A stretch of DNA of 64,000 bases from an uncultured Chloroflexia bacterium (GCA_963715245.1 CAVQRM010000001.1:643188-707187); one strand, 5' to 3'; numbered from the stretch's first letter, positions 1 to 9,796 are shown. Numbers and translations are program-made. The notes: generated from the letters alone by a model not told the origin.

Positions 1-1
1 G

Positions 2-712
2 GGATGGGCGGACCGCTGGGGCCAGAACCCGGCCATGGTCACCAGCTTCGCCGACGGGACGAAGATCTCCTGCGAGCAGGCGATCGTCGCCAATGCGACG
101 GGGTTCGGCGTGCTGCAGCGCGGGATGTCGCGAGGTCTCGAGTTCTGCGAGCTGCCCGAGAAGCTCCCGGACCTGTATCTGCCGCGACTGGACGAGATCC
201 GGGAGCTCGGCGGTGTCATCGACTACACCGTCGGGACGATCGGAACGAAGGTGTTCGTGCTTGCCGAGCACCCGGATCCCAAGCAGCGCCACTACCTGGA
301 GCTGTACAAGATGGGCCCGGGCCCGCTGTACGCGTTCTGGGTGCCCTACCACCTCGTCCATTTCGAGGTCCCAAACGCCATTGCGCGAGTACGGGTGTTC
401 CGCGACAACCTGGCTCCGCCGCTCGCAGGCCCGGTGGTAGAGGTCTGCGCTGTCGCGAAGCGAGCGCTTGCCGCCGGCGAGATCCTTGACGAGTACGGTC
501 ACTACATGACGTACGGAGAGGCGGTGAATACCGACGAGATGTTCCGCGAGCAGTATCTGCCCGAGGGACTCGTCGAAGGATGCGTGCTTCGGCGCGATAT
601 CGCGCGCGACGAGGTGATCCGTTACGCAGACGTGCAACTGCCAGCCGGTCGCCTCGCAGACGCCCTCCGTTCCGAACAGTATCGTCACTTCCGCGGGTCG
701 AGCCCGATCTGA
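2..712 (+). CDS. C-terminal part of an NAD(P)-binding oxidoreductase with SAF domain (COG4091-like 'predicted homoserine dehydrogenase' family); 5' end lies outside the window
   Basis: ORF 35..712 stays open in the same frame back to the window edge. Coding-like GC3. Conserved C-terminal motifs (…GPGPLYAFWVPYHL…). Family assignment is from memory of motif patterns only. Confidence 0.35.
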   Translation, partial: GWADRWGQNPAMVTSFADGTKISCEQAIVANATGFGVLQRGMSRGLEFCELPEKLPDLYLPRLDEIRELGGVIDYTVGTIGTKVFVLAEHPDPKQRHYLELYKMGPGPLYAFWVPYHLVHFEVPNAIARVRVFRDNLAPPLAGPVVEVCAVAKRALAAGEILDEYGHYMTYGEAVNTDEMFREQYLPEGLVEGCVLRRDIARDEVIRYADVQLPAGRLADALRSEQYRHFRGSSPI

Positions 713-795
713 GCCGCGCCCCGGGGCGGACCTGTCGATCCCTGCCGGGACCTCGACCTGCGTATCCGCCCGGCGTCGCGGCTACACTCGGCCTC

Positions 796-1635
796 GTGCC
801 CTCGGAACAGATCGCGTCCAACCTTGCCCAGATCAACTGGACGGTCCTCAGCGCCCTCGCGGTCGGGTCGTTCGCGATCGTCACGCTCACGAGGCTGCTG
901 ACCCCCGCGACGAAGGGGTTTCTCGCCTTCACCGCGTTCTGCGCCGCCGCCTTCGGGTTCCTGGCCTACCTCTCGGACACGGGCCTGCCGCCGATCTCCG
1001 CGGGCTCGCCGGTCGTGGCGGATCCGACGTACGACATCCCGCGGCGGGCTGCGCTCGTGGTGTTCACGATCCTCGCGCTGGTCTCGACGCTCGCGATCGC
1101 GCGCGGGGCCAAGGCGACGATCCTGCTCGTCGCCGGGATGGCGGCGGGCGTGGCGGTGCTGCTGCTCGGCGCGCTGACGTGGGGCGGCGGCAGCCTTGGA
1201 ACGATCCCCCTGGCCGTCCAGCTGCTCGTGCTCGCCGTCGCGACCGGGGGCGTGTTCGCGGCGATGATCCTCGGCCACTGGTACCTCGTGACGCCGAAGC
1301 TGCCCGAGGGGCCGCTGGTCATGGTGTCCCACCGCCTGCTCTGGATCGTGGCGATCCAGGTGGCGCTGTTCGTCGGCTGGGTCGGGTTCGGGATCGGGCC
1401 GGGCGCCACCGGCGGTCCGTTCGCGGCGCTGGTGGGGGAGTGGGCGCTGTTCGTGTGGCTGCGGCTGATCGTCGGGCTGATCTTCCCGCTCATCGTGTCG
1501 TGGGCGGCGCTCCAGACGGCGAGGACGCGGTCCATGGAGAGCGCCACGGGGCTCCTGTACATCAACGTCGGGACGATCACGGCGGGCACGATCGTCGCGG
1601 CGGGGCTGTACTTCGGGGCCGGGCTGCTGGTATGA
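796..1635 (+). CDS. polytopic membrane protein of unknown function
   Basis: Hydrophobic helices across the 580..1635 ORF. GTG at 796 is the first plausible start after the upstream stop at 712. The antisense 401-aa ORF is a GC artefact. Confidence 0.45.
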   Translation: MPSEQIASNLAQINWTVLSALAVGSFAIVTLTRLLTPATKGFLAFTAFCAAAFGFLAYLSDTGLPPISAGSPVVADPTYDIPRRAALVVFTILALVSTLAIARGAKATILLVAGMAAGVAVLLLGALTWGGGSLGTIPLAVQLLVLAVATGGVFAAMILGHWYLVTPKLPEGPLVMVSHRLLWIVAIQVALFVGWVGFGIGPGATGGPFAALVGEWALFVWLRLIVGLIFPLIVSWAALQTARTRSMESATGLLYINVGTITAGTIVAAGLYFGAGLLV

Positions 1636-1645
1636 CGGTGTCGTC

Positions 1646-2465
1646 ATGACGCCGCCGATCGCCCCGCTCCGGATCCGCGTCCGCCTGTTCGCGATGCAGC
1701 GTGAGACGGCGGGCATGCGCGAGCTGCGCCTCGAGGTGCCGCTGGGATCCACGGTGGACGACGCCTGGAACGAGGTCGTGCGCCACGTGCCGGCGCTCGC
1801 GCCCGGGCGCGCGTCCCTCCGGTTCGCGGTCAACGGGGAGTACACGGACGAGGACCGGCCGCTCGCCGACGGTGACGAGATCGCGTGCATCCCGCCGGTC
1901 AGCGGGGGGTCCGGTGAGGACGCTCCGGACGCAGCGGCGCCCGGGCGCCGGCGGGTGCTGGAGATTCGCGCGGAGCCGCTGCCACGGGACCTCGCCGCGA
2001 CGCTGGCCGGGGAGCTGGCGACCGACGAGGACGGCGGCGTCGTGACGTTCGTCGGACGGACGAGGGTGACGCCCGGGACGCCGGCGCCTGGCCAGGAGGA
2101 GGAGGCCGCGCGCCACGCAGGGCCGAAGCGTCGAGGAGCTGGACTACGAGGCGTTCGAGCCGATGGCGATCCGGACCCTCGAGCAGATCGCGGACGAGAT
2201 CGAGGCGCAGTGGGATGTACGGCGGCTGGCCATCGTCCACCGGACCGGGCGGGTGCCGCTGGGGGACGCGTCCATCGTCGTCGTCGCGGTGTCGCCGCAC
2301 CGGGACGCGGCGTTCGCGGCCGCCCGCTACGCGATCGACGAGACGAAGGCCCGCGCGCCGATCTGGAAAGCCGAACGGTTCGAGGACGGCGTCGTGTGGA
2401 TCGGGCACACCGCGCGGACGGGACCCGACGCCGCAGCGAAGACGGAGCCCGCCGACCCGGCCTGA
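1646..2465 (+). CDS. moaX: MoaX-like fused molybdopterin synthase (MoaD sulfur-carrier domain ending in GG, then MoaE catalytic domain); apparent +1 frameshift inside the MoaE part (~2060-2130)
   Basis: N-terminal ~90 aa is ThiS/MoaD-like and ends …IPPVSGG. It continues in frame into MoaE-like sequence (…DEDGGVVTFVGRTR). The rest of MoaE (GRSVEELDYEAFEPMAIRTLEQIADEI…IVHRTGRVPLGDASIVVVAVSPHRDAAFAAARYAIDETKARAPIWKAE) is in another frame (ORF 2163..2465). The MoaD-MoaE fusion cleaved at GG is known from mycobacterial MoaX. Confidence 0.6.
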
Positions 2466-2546
2466 CCTGCCCACCACCATTCGGGTCCCGGCCGATCCCC
2501 CGAATGGCGCCCTTCCGCGGCGACCGACGCGCGCCATACTGCAGCC

Positions 2547-4132
2547 ATGCAGCCGATCGGGGAGCCGGAGCATCTCGAGGCGCTCGTCACGCGGACCCGC
2601 GCGCTTGCCGCGGCGTGGGGCGCAAGCGCGTCGAACGCGACGAGCGTCGGCCAGGAGCGGGCGATCCTGCGCCTGTTCGGCGTCAGCGGGGTGGACCGGA
2701 GCGGGCGCCCGCTCGCCGCCGAGGTCGTTGACCGGTACCTCTCGCCCGACCCGCGCCGACTGGCCGGCGGGATCGCGCTGCCGTTCGCGATGGCGATCGC
2801 CGAGTACGACCTGCGCGCCGCACGACCTCGCGCTCGAGGTTGCCGCGGGGAACGTGGACCTGGGCCTCGAGGCGGAGCTGCTCGCCGAGTCGGACCGGCG
2901 TGCCGTCGCGGTTGCCGACGCCACGCGCCTCGCGCGCGCCGCGCTTGACCGGATCGACGCGAACCGCACCGCGCGCCGCGAGCTGCTCGATGTCCTGGGC
3001 GACCCACCCCGGCCATGGCTCGGCGCGTCGCTCGCCTCACCGGCGATCGTGGATGCGCTCGACGAGGCCCGGCTCGCGATCGAGTCGGGTGCGGAGCTCG
3101 TTCGCGTGGACGTCCCGCCGAGCCGGGAGCTGGCCGAGCGGATGGCGCGCGCGGGCGCGCCGCTCGAGACGTGGAGCCCCTCTTCGACCTCCCGCGGCGG
3201 CCTCGATGCCTTCGACCCGGCCGGGCTGCCGATCCCCACGGGTTCCCAGCGCGCGCTCGCCGTCCTGCGCCGGTTCATCGACGAGGCGGGCGCGCGCCGT
3301 CGCGGCTACGTGCGGCTTGCGACCGATGCCCCGTCGCTCGCCGCGCCGGACCAGGCGGTCGTCGCCGCGTTCGAGCGGATCGACGTCGTCGTGGCGGATC
3401 CGATGCGCGAGATCGTGACGGGCCGCGTGGATCCGGATCGGGCGCTCGCCGACCACGTGTTCGCCCACCGTCTGCTCGCCCGCGCCGGTGCGCGGGTCCT
3501 GGTCCCGGCCGGGCCCTTGCTCGTGACCCAGGATCTCGCCTCGGGCATGCCCTCCGACCCCGCGACCCGCTCCGGCCGGGCGCTGGCCCTGCAGCTGGTC
3601 GGCGTCGCGCTCGCCCGGCGCGACGGGATGCCGGCGGAAGCCGTCGTCGTGGGTGCGCTGCCGGACTGGCTGATGGACGAGCCGGACGCCGCGGCCCGGG
3701 CCGCGGCCGAGATCGCGCTCCGTCGTGCGCTGCTCCCGGACCATGCGCTCGTGTTCGCCGAGCCGGCCCTGCGTGACGACGCGGCGGCCCGCTGGAACGC
3801 GGTCGTGGGGGCGCTGCTCGCGGACGCCGGTGACGTCGAGACGGTCGTTCGCCGGTCGCACACGACCCTCGCCGGGACGATGGCGATGCGCGACGTCGCC
3901 TCGAGCCTCGCGCAGGCCAGGGTCGCACCGGCCACTCTCCGGCGTTGCCGCGGCTCATGCGGCCGGCGCGGTCGCCGCGGCCCTGGCGACGCTCGGCGCG
4001 CTCGAGGATCGCGGATGGGGTGCGCTCGTCGATCACCCGCTGGGGATCCAGGCGAGCATCGGCGCCGAGGCCGTTGCCGAGCGGACCGAGTCCTTCGATC
4101 CCCTCGCGATCGAGGCCGCGTCCCGGGCGTAG
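2547..4132 (+). CDS. lysine 5,6-aminomutase alpha-subunit (KamD)-like protein, ~528 aa reconstructed across three frames (apparent frameshifts ~2815 and ~3935)
   Basis: Frame-0 N-terminus (…SVGQERAILRLFGVSGVDRSGRPL…) resembles the KamD N-terminal motif. The body lies in the frame of ORF 2215..4515 and the C-terminus in the frame of ORF 3725..4132. Total length matches KamD (~520 aa). No adjacent B12-binding beta subunit. Confidence 0.4.
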
Positions 4133-4195
4133 CGCGGCGGAGCGACGTCGCGCCGGCGTGGGACGTCGCGCCGGACACGACCGGCGAGGGACCGG

Positions 4196-4654
4196 TCAGA
4201 AGCGGGTCAGCTCCTCGGGATCGTCGTCGGCGACGGTCCGGTCGCACGTGGGGCAGTGCCAACGGGCCTCGAGCGGAGTCCCGCACACGTCGTGCCGCAG
4301 CGGCTCGCCCACGCCGCCCCGCCGCGCGCCCCAGTCGGCGAGGAGGTGGAGCGCCCCGGCGAGCTCGCGACCGTCTGCGGTCAGCGCGTACTCCATCCGC
4401 AGCGGCCGGCGCGAGTACGGCGTCGCGACGACGATCCCCGCCCGTTCGAGGCGGCGCAGTCGGTCCGACAGGATGTTCGGCGCGATCCCGGGCACGGCGT
4501 CGGCAAGCTCGTTGAAGCGACGGGACGCCGGCAGGAGCGCCTCGACGAGGAGGAGGCTCCAGCGATCGCCCACCCGGTCGAGGGCGGCGGCGAGCGCGCC
4601 GAGCGGCGGCGGCGCGGCGGGAGCGAGGGCGTCGGCGTCGTCGGCGTCGGTCAT
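4196..4654 (-). CDS. HxlR-family winged-helix transcriptional regulator with C-terminal CxxC…CxxC motif
   Basis: …LDRVGDRWSLLLVEALL…FNELADAVPGIAPNILSDRLRRLERAGIV… is a typical HxlR/MarR-like wHTH. Start chosen at internal Met (MTDADD…); the 4738 start is also possible. Confidence 0.65.
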   Translation of the reverse strand: MTDADDADALAPAAPPPLGALAAALDRVGDRWSLLLVEALLPASRRFNELADAVPGIAPNILSDRLRRLERAGIVVATPYSRRPLRMEYALTADGRELAGALHLLADWGARRGGVGEPLRHDVCGTPLEARWHCPTCDRTVADDDPEELTRF

Positions 4655-4700
4655 CGGGCAATGGTAGGGGAGGGCTTGCGGCGCGTCGCGGTCAGTAGTA

Positions 4701-4724
4701 GATTGCAAATCGCAAGTTGCAATC
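4701..4724. promoter_or_regulatory. AT-rich inverted repeat GATTGCAA-N8-TTGCAATC in the divergent HxlR/htrA intergenic region; candidate HxlR operator
   Basis: Perfect 8-bp inverted repeat read directly. Strongly AT-rich against a 72% GC background. Located between divergent genes 4196..4654(-) and 4774..5700(+). Confidence 0.35.
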
Positions 4725-4773
4725 CGTCGCCGGTCCACCCGGCGCGCCCGTCCCCAGCGAGGAATACCGTCCC

Positions 4774-5700
4774 ATGTCCGTGCTCACCGAGCTTCAGGAG
4801 GCCGTCGCCGCCGTCGCGACCGCCGCCGCCCCGTCCGTCGTCGGCATCGGGGCCCGCAATCGCGGGTCCGGCGTCGTCATCGCGGACGGTGCCGTCCTCA
4901 CCAACGCGCACAACCTCCGCGGCCGCGAGGTCACCGTCCGGTTCGCCGACGGTCGCACAACCCGCGGCACCGTGAGCGGCGTCGATTGGGACGGCGACCT
5001 CGCCGTCGTGGCCGTCGACACCGCCGGCACCACGCCCATCGCCTGGGCCGCCGACGGTGCGACGATCGGCTCCGCGGTGTTCGCGGCCGCCGCCACGCCG
5101 TCGGGCGCGGCGCGCGTCTCGTTCGGCTTCGTGTCGTCCGTGGAGCGGGCGTTCCGCGGCCCGGGCGGCCGCCGGATCTCGGGGTCGCTCGAGCACACGG
5201 CGCCGCTCGCACCGGGCTCCTCCGGGTCGCCGCTGCTCGACGCCGACGGGTCGCTGGTCGGTCTCAACACGAACCGGGTGGGCGAGGGCTTCTACCTCGC
5301 CCTGCCGGCCGACGCCTCGCTGCGAGCCCGCGTCGACGCCCTGGCTCGCGGTGAGAACCGCGAGCGACCGCGCCTGGGGATCGCCGTGGCGCCGGCTCAC
5401 GTGGCCCGGCGGCTGCGGCGGTCAGTGGGCCTGCCCGAGCGCGAGGGCATCCTCGTCCGCGGCGTTGAGGACGAGTCGCCCGCCCAGGCCGCGGGTATCG
5501 CCGAGGGCGACCTGCTCGTCGCCGCGGCCGGACGGCCGATCGCGGATGTGGACTCGCTCCACGAGATCCTCGGCGACGCAGGCTTCCCGCTCGAGGTGAC
5601 CCTCGTCCGCGGGACCGACGAGCGGACGGTGACCGTGAGCGCGCCGCCGGCGACGGACACGGCCGACGGAGAGGCCTCGCCCGACGAGCCCGTCCACTAG
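4774..5700 (+). CDS. HtrA/DegP-like trypsin-family serine protease with C-terminal PDZ domain
   Basis: …GSGVVIADGAVLTNAHN… (His), …GSSGSPLLDADGSLVGLNT… (Ser) and a C-terminal PDZ-like …GILVRGVEDESPAQAAGIAEGDLLVAAAGRPI…. Confidence 0.7.
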   Translation: MSVLTELQEAVAAVATAAAPSVVGIGARNRGSGVVIADGAVLTNAHNLRGREVTVRFADGRTTRGTVSGVDWDGDLAVVAVDTAGTTPIAWAADGATIGSAVFAAAATPSGAARVSFGFVSSVERAFRGPGGRRISGSLEHTAPLAPGSSGSPLLDADGSLVGLNTNRVGEGFYLALPADASLRARVDALARGENRERPRLGIAVAPAHVARRLRRSVGLPEREGILVRGVEDESPAQAAGIAEGDLLVAAAGRPIADVDSLHEILGDAGFPLEVTLVRGTDERTVTVSAPPATDTADGEASPDEPVH

Positions 5701-5714
5701 GAACCAGGTACGTC

Positions 5715-5748
5715 ACGCGCCGGCTCGGGTGGCCCGGGCCGGCGCGTC
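5715..5748 (+). terminator. GC-rich hairpin (10-bp stem ACGCGCCGGC / GCCGGCGCGT, 14-nt loop) just downstream of the protease gene; no U-tract
   Basis: Inverted repeat read directly 15 nt after the stop at 5700. Confidence 0.3.
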
Positions 5749-5847
5749 GTCGCAAAGTTAGGGAGTTTCCCCGATCCCCGGGCACACCCTTTAGACCGAC
5801 GCTGGCCTCATGAACCGGTCCACCCGGACCGCCGAAAGGAGCCAGCG

Positions 5848-6030
5848 ATGCACCCCGAGACCCTCGCCTTCCAGGTCCGCAACCACCAGGACGCGCTGCT
5901 GCGCGAGGCCGCGGCCGCTCGCCTCGCCGCCGCCGCCAAGGCGGCCTTCAACCCGCACGTCGACGAGTCCCGCGCGTTCGATCTCCGGCGGAACCTCCGG
6001 CTCATCGCCGACCGCCTCGCGACTGCATGA
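5848..6030 (+). CDS. small (60 aa) conserved-looking hypothetical protein immediately upstream of the LAL regulator
   Basis: Strong SD (AAGGAG) 7 nt upstream of ATG. Very high GC3 and typical codon usage. Ends 3 nt before ORF 6027. Confidence 0.5.
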   Translation: MHPETLAFQVRNHQDALLREAAAARLAAAAKAAFNPHVDESRAFDLRRNLRLIADRLATA

Positions 6031-6101
6031 TCCGACCGCCCGGGGTGGCGGACGCGGCGGGTCGCGGCTCGTCCGCGGTCGACGGCTCGGCAGCGGCGGG
6101 T

Positions 6102-9100
6102 ATGCTCGCGGGCATGTCGCGCCGGGTCACCAGCCCCAGCTTCGTCGGTCGCCGCGAGGAGCTCGCGACCGTCATCGCGGCGCTCGACCGTGCAGCCGCC
6201 GGCGATCCCGTCCACCTGCTGATCAGCGGTGAGGCGGGCGTCGGCAAGACGCGGCTCACGACCGAGGCCATCACCCATGCGCGCGGCCGTGGCTTCCAGG
6301 TCCTGGTCGGCCAGTGCGTGAGCGTCGGCGACGCCGGCCTGCCCTACGGGCCGCTCGTGGAGATCTTGCGCGGCGTGGTGCAGGACCTTGGCGGCGGGGA
6401 GGCCCGGGGGATCGCGGGCCGCGCCGCCCCGGACCTCGCCCGCCTCGTGCCGGAGTTCGGATCGGGAGGCGCGGAGGCGCCGGCGCAGGCCGAGTGGGCC
6501 CAGACCAGGCTGTTCGAGGCGCTGCTCGGCCTGCTGACCCGGCTCGCGGCACGGTCGCCGGTCCTGCTCGTCGTCGAGGATCTCCACTGGGCCGACGGGG
6601 CCACGCGGGAGGCGCTCGCGTTCCTGGTCGGCGGACTCCGTGGCATCCCGGTGCTCATCCTTGCCACCTTCCGGGCGGACGAGCTCCACCGGCGCCACCC
6701 GCTCGTGCCCTGGCTCGCCGACCTCGAGCGCCGGATGCCCGTCCAGCGCGTGGCGCTCGAGCGCTTCGATCGTGACGCGATTGGCGAGCTGCTCGGGTCG
6801 ATCCTCGGCGCGCCGGCGCCCGCCCGCCTCGTCGCGGACGTCTTCGAGCGCTCCGACGGGAACGCCTTCTTCGCCGAGGAGCTGCTGGCTGCGAGCGAGG
6901 ACGGGCGCGTCGGCCGGCGGCTCCCGCCCACGCTCCAGGAGGTCCTGCTCGCCCAGGTCGCCCGCCTGCCCGAGCCCGCCGTCGCCGTCCTCTCCGCGGC
7001 CGCCGTCGCGGGCCGCAGCGTGGAGCACGGGCTGCTCGAGCGCATCGCGGGCCTGCCCGAGCCACTCGTGCTCGAGGGCCTGCGGGCCGCGGTCGCCGCG
7101 CACCTGCTGATCGTGGAGACGGCCGGCCACGAGGACCGGTACACGTTCCGCCATGCCCTCGTCCAGGAGGCGGTCTACGAGGAGCTCCTGCCGGGCGAGC
7201 GGCGACGGCTCCACCGCACGATCGCGGAGGCCCTCGAGCTCGAGGCGGACAGCCCGACGGCTGCCCAGCCGGACGCCGGGCGACGGACGGAGATCGCCCA
7301 CCACTGGGTCCAGGCCCGGGAGGACGAACGCGCATTCGGGGCCTCGCTCGAGGCTGCGGCGGCGTCGATGGACGCGTTCGCCTTCGAGGCGGCGCTCTCG
7401 GGGTACGAGGCGGCGCTCGAACTGTGGGACCGCGTTGCCGATCCGGCGTCGTCGTCCGGCCTCGACCGGGTGGAGCTCTCCCGGCGTGCCGGGCTGGCTG
7501 CGTACCTCTCGGGCGACTACCGCCGGGCGGTGTCCCATCGTCGCCAGGCCGCAGCGGGGGTCGATCCGGCGGCGGATCCCGCACGCTCGGGGATGCTGCA
7601 GGAGCAGCTCGCGCGGGCCATGTACGTCGCCGGCGACCCGGTCGGATCGCTCGAGGCCTACCGGGAGGCGGTCGCCACGATCCCGGCCAAGCCGCCGTCG
7701 CGTGAGCGCGCCAGGGCCCTGTCGGGCCTGGGCCAGATGCTCATGCTCCTCGCGCGGTACGAGGAGTCACGAGCGCTGTGCGAGGAGGCCGTCTCGATGG
7801 CGCGGGCGGTCGGCGACGTCGTCCAGGAGGGGCACGCCCTGAACACGCTGGGCACGGACCGGACGATGCTCGGGGAGTGCGACGAGGGGATCGAGCACCT
7901 TCGCGCGGCCCTGCGGATCGCCAAGGACGCCGGCATCCCGGACGACGTCGGGCGCGCGTACGTGAACCTGTGCGAGTCGCTCGATGTGTGCGGCCGCACG
8001 GCGGCGGCGCTCGAGACGACGAACGAGGGCCTCGAGCAGGCCGCCGAGATCGGCGTGGGCTACTCGTACGGCTACTACATCGTGCTCGGCGGCGTCTCCT
8101 TCGCCACCGCCCTCGGCCGGTGGGACGTCGCAGGCACCCTGCTCCAGGAGGCGCTGGCGCACGAGCCGTCCGGGGCGGGGAGCGTCGCCTACCGGGTTGC
8201 GCGCACCCTGCCGCTGTTCGTGGTACGGGGCGAATGGACCCGCGCCGATGCGGCGATCGACGAGGCGACGGACCTGGTGGGCCAGAACCGGGGTGCCCAG
8301 TTCGCCGGGCCCGTCTATGCCGCGATCGCGGAGCGGGAGCTATGGCGAGGCGACCCGCGAGCGGCCCTCGAGGCCGTCGGGACGGGTCTCCAGCACGTCG
8401 AGCCCACGCGCGACCGCATCGAGACGGCCCGACTCAGCCGGGTGGGGGCGTGGGCCGCCGCGGACCTGCACGAGCAGGCTCGTGCGCGGCGTGACGAGGC
8501 CGGTCTCGACGCGGCCGCGGCGTGGATCGACCGGCTCCGGTCGCAGATCGCCGCCGTCGTGGGTTCGAGCGCGCCCCGGTTGCTGGTCGCCGACCAGGTG
8601 GCGCTCGAGGGCGAGGCATCGCGGCTCCTGGCGACACCCGAGCGGGAGCCGTGGCGCGAAGCTGCCGCAACGTGGGACGCGGCGGAGCGGCCCTACCTCG
8701 CGGCGTTCGCCCGATGGCGCATCGGCGAGGCTGCGCTGGCGGCGGGCGACACGGCCGAGGCGGCATCCGCGCTCCGGGAGGGCCATGCGATCGCCGACCG
8801 GCTGGGCGCCGTGCCGCTCCGGGACGCGATCGCCGCACTCGCCCGCCGGGCCCGGGTCCACCTTGCACCGGACACGTCCCCGGACCGGGCCCCTGCGCCC
8901 GCCGGCGACGGCGACTCCTTCGGCCTCACGCCTCGGGAGCGCGATGTGCTGGCGCTGGTCGCCGAGGGCCGGACGAATCGCCAGATCGCCGCGGAGCTGT
9001 TCATCAGCGAGAGCACGGCCGGCGTCCACGTGTCGAACATCCTGGGCAAGCTCGGGGTCGCGTCACGCACCGAGGCGGCTGCGCTGGCCTACCGCCTGCG

Positions 9101-9140
9101 CCTCGTGGACCGCGACGGCGGGGTGCCGCCGGGCGGATGA
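6102..9140 (+). CDS. large ATP-binding LuxR-family (LAL/MalT-like) transcriptional regulator
   Basis: N-terminal Walker A (GEAGVGKT), long TPR-like middle region, C-terminal LuxR HTH (…RERDVLALVAEGRTNRQIAAELFISESTAGVHVSNILGKLGV…). Confidence 0.8.
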   Translation: MLAGMSRRVTSPSFVGRREELATVIAALDRAAAGDPVHLLISGEAGVGKTRLTTEAITHARGRGFQVLVGQCVSVGDAGLPYGPLVEILRGVVQDLGGGEARGIAGRAAPDLARLVPEFGSGGAEAPAQAEWAQTRLFEALLGLLTRLAARSPVLLVVEDLHWADGATREALAFLVGGLRGIPVLILATFRADELHRRHPLVPWLADLERRMPVQRVALERFDRDAIGELLGSILGAPAPARLVADVFERSDGNAFFAEELLAASEDGRVGRRLPPTLQEVLLAQVARLPEPAVAVLSAAAVAGRSVEHGLLERIAGLPEPLVLEGLRAAVAAHLLIVETAGHEDRYTFRHALVQEAVYEELLPGERRRLHRTIAEALELEADSPTAAQPDAGRRTEIAHHWVQAREDERAFGASLEAAAASMDAFAFEAALSGYEAALELWDRVADPASSSGLDRVELSRRAGLAAYLSGDYRRAVSHRRQAAAGVDPAADPARSGMLQEQLARAMYVAGDPVGSLEAYREAVATIPAKPPSRERARALSGLGQMLMLLARYEESRALCEEAVSMARAVGDVVQEGHALNTLGTDRTMLGECDEGIEHLRAALRIAKDAGIPDDVGRAYVNLCESLDVCGRTAAALETTNEGLEQAAEIGVGYSYGYYIVLGGVSFATALGRWDVAGTLLQEALAHEPSGAGSVAYRVARTLPLFVVRGEWTRADAAIDEATDLVGQNRGAQFAGPVYAAIAERELWRGDPRAALEAVGTGLQHVEPTRDRIETARLSRVGAWAAADLHEQARARRDEAGLDAAAAWIDRLRSQIAAVVGSSAPRLLVADQVALEGEASRLLATPEREPWREAAATWDAAERPYLAAFARWRIGEAALAAGDTAEAASALREGHAIADRLGAVPLRDAIAALARRARVHLAPDTSPDRAPAPAGDGDSFGLTPRERDVLALVAEGRTNRQIAAELFISESTAGVHVSNILGKLGVASRTEAAALAYRLRLVDRDGGVPPGG

Positions 9141-9153
9141 TCGGTCGTCGGCG

Positions 9154-9171
9154 GCCGGCTCAGGAGCCGGC
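9154..9171. terminator. short GC hairpin (GCCGGCT-cagg-AGCCGGC) between the convergent LAL regulator and the 9160..9462(-) gene
   Basis: 7-bp inverted repeat read directly. It overlaps the stop of the minus-strand gene. Confidence 0.25.
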
Positions 9172-9462
9172 TTCCGCCTCCATCTTCGCGAGGCGCGTGT
9201 AGTAGTCGGGAATCTCGCGCAGGTGCGCGAGCGCGATCTTGCCCGTGGCGATCGGGTCGTCGCCCGTGACGTTCGTGTCGGGATCCCGTCGGCCGTGCTC
9301 CAGCTCGACGTCGAGCCCGGCCCGGTACTCCTCGAGCGTGAACGGCACCGTCGCGAAGTCGATGCCGAGGGTCGAGGCGATGCCGGCGGCCTCGTCGAGG
9401 GTGAAAGCGGTTCGTGCGGTTGTCACCATGGGCTCTCCGTGCGTGCCACGAGCCTCGTGCAC
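9160..9462 (-). CDS. small hypothetical protein (~90-100 aa)
   Basis: ORF with coding-like GC3. An internal Met (MVTTART…) at 9429 is an alternative start. Confidence 0.4.
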   Translation of the reverse strand: MHEARGTHGEPMVTTARTAFTLDEAAGIASTLGIDFATVPFTLEEYRAGLDVELEHGRRDPDTNVTGDDPIATGKIALAHLREIPDYYTRLAKMEAEAGS

Positions 9463-9796
9463 CAGGCGACCCGCGAACAGTGCCCATGGACCTCAATCCC
9501 GCGGCGCGAGCACCGGTGGCGACGGCTCGCGCCCGGACTGAGAAGACCGGCCAAGCGTCCCGCCCCGCCCCGGCGTCCAGATCTGGCCCCAGGGTGCGGT
9601 CGCGAGGTGCGCGCCGATCCTCGTGCTGCCTGCAGGGCATCGGAATCGCGACACGCAAGGAACGACGCTGCGTGTGGCGCAGCGCCCCGCCACGCGGGCA
9701 CGCGGCGTGGCGTCCGGGCCGGCCTGCCGCCTGCGGCTGGTGCCGGCACGATGGAGTCGGCCTGCGCCCCGGACCCGCCGGGCGAGTGAGCGGCGC

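Noticed and set aside
1646-2465. Separate moaD and moaE genes
   Set aside because: The reading frame continues through the terminal GG of the MoaD part directly into MoaE-like sequence with no stop, SD or start. Interpreted as a MoaX-type fusion.
9463-9796. tRNA or other structured RNA in the 335-nt gap downstream of the small gene 9160..9462
   Set aside because: No T-loop (GTTCRANYC) or anticodon-stem pattern found by eye. Region is GC-rich without obvious conserved structure. Cannot exclude a small RNA.
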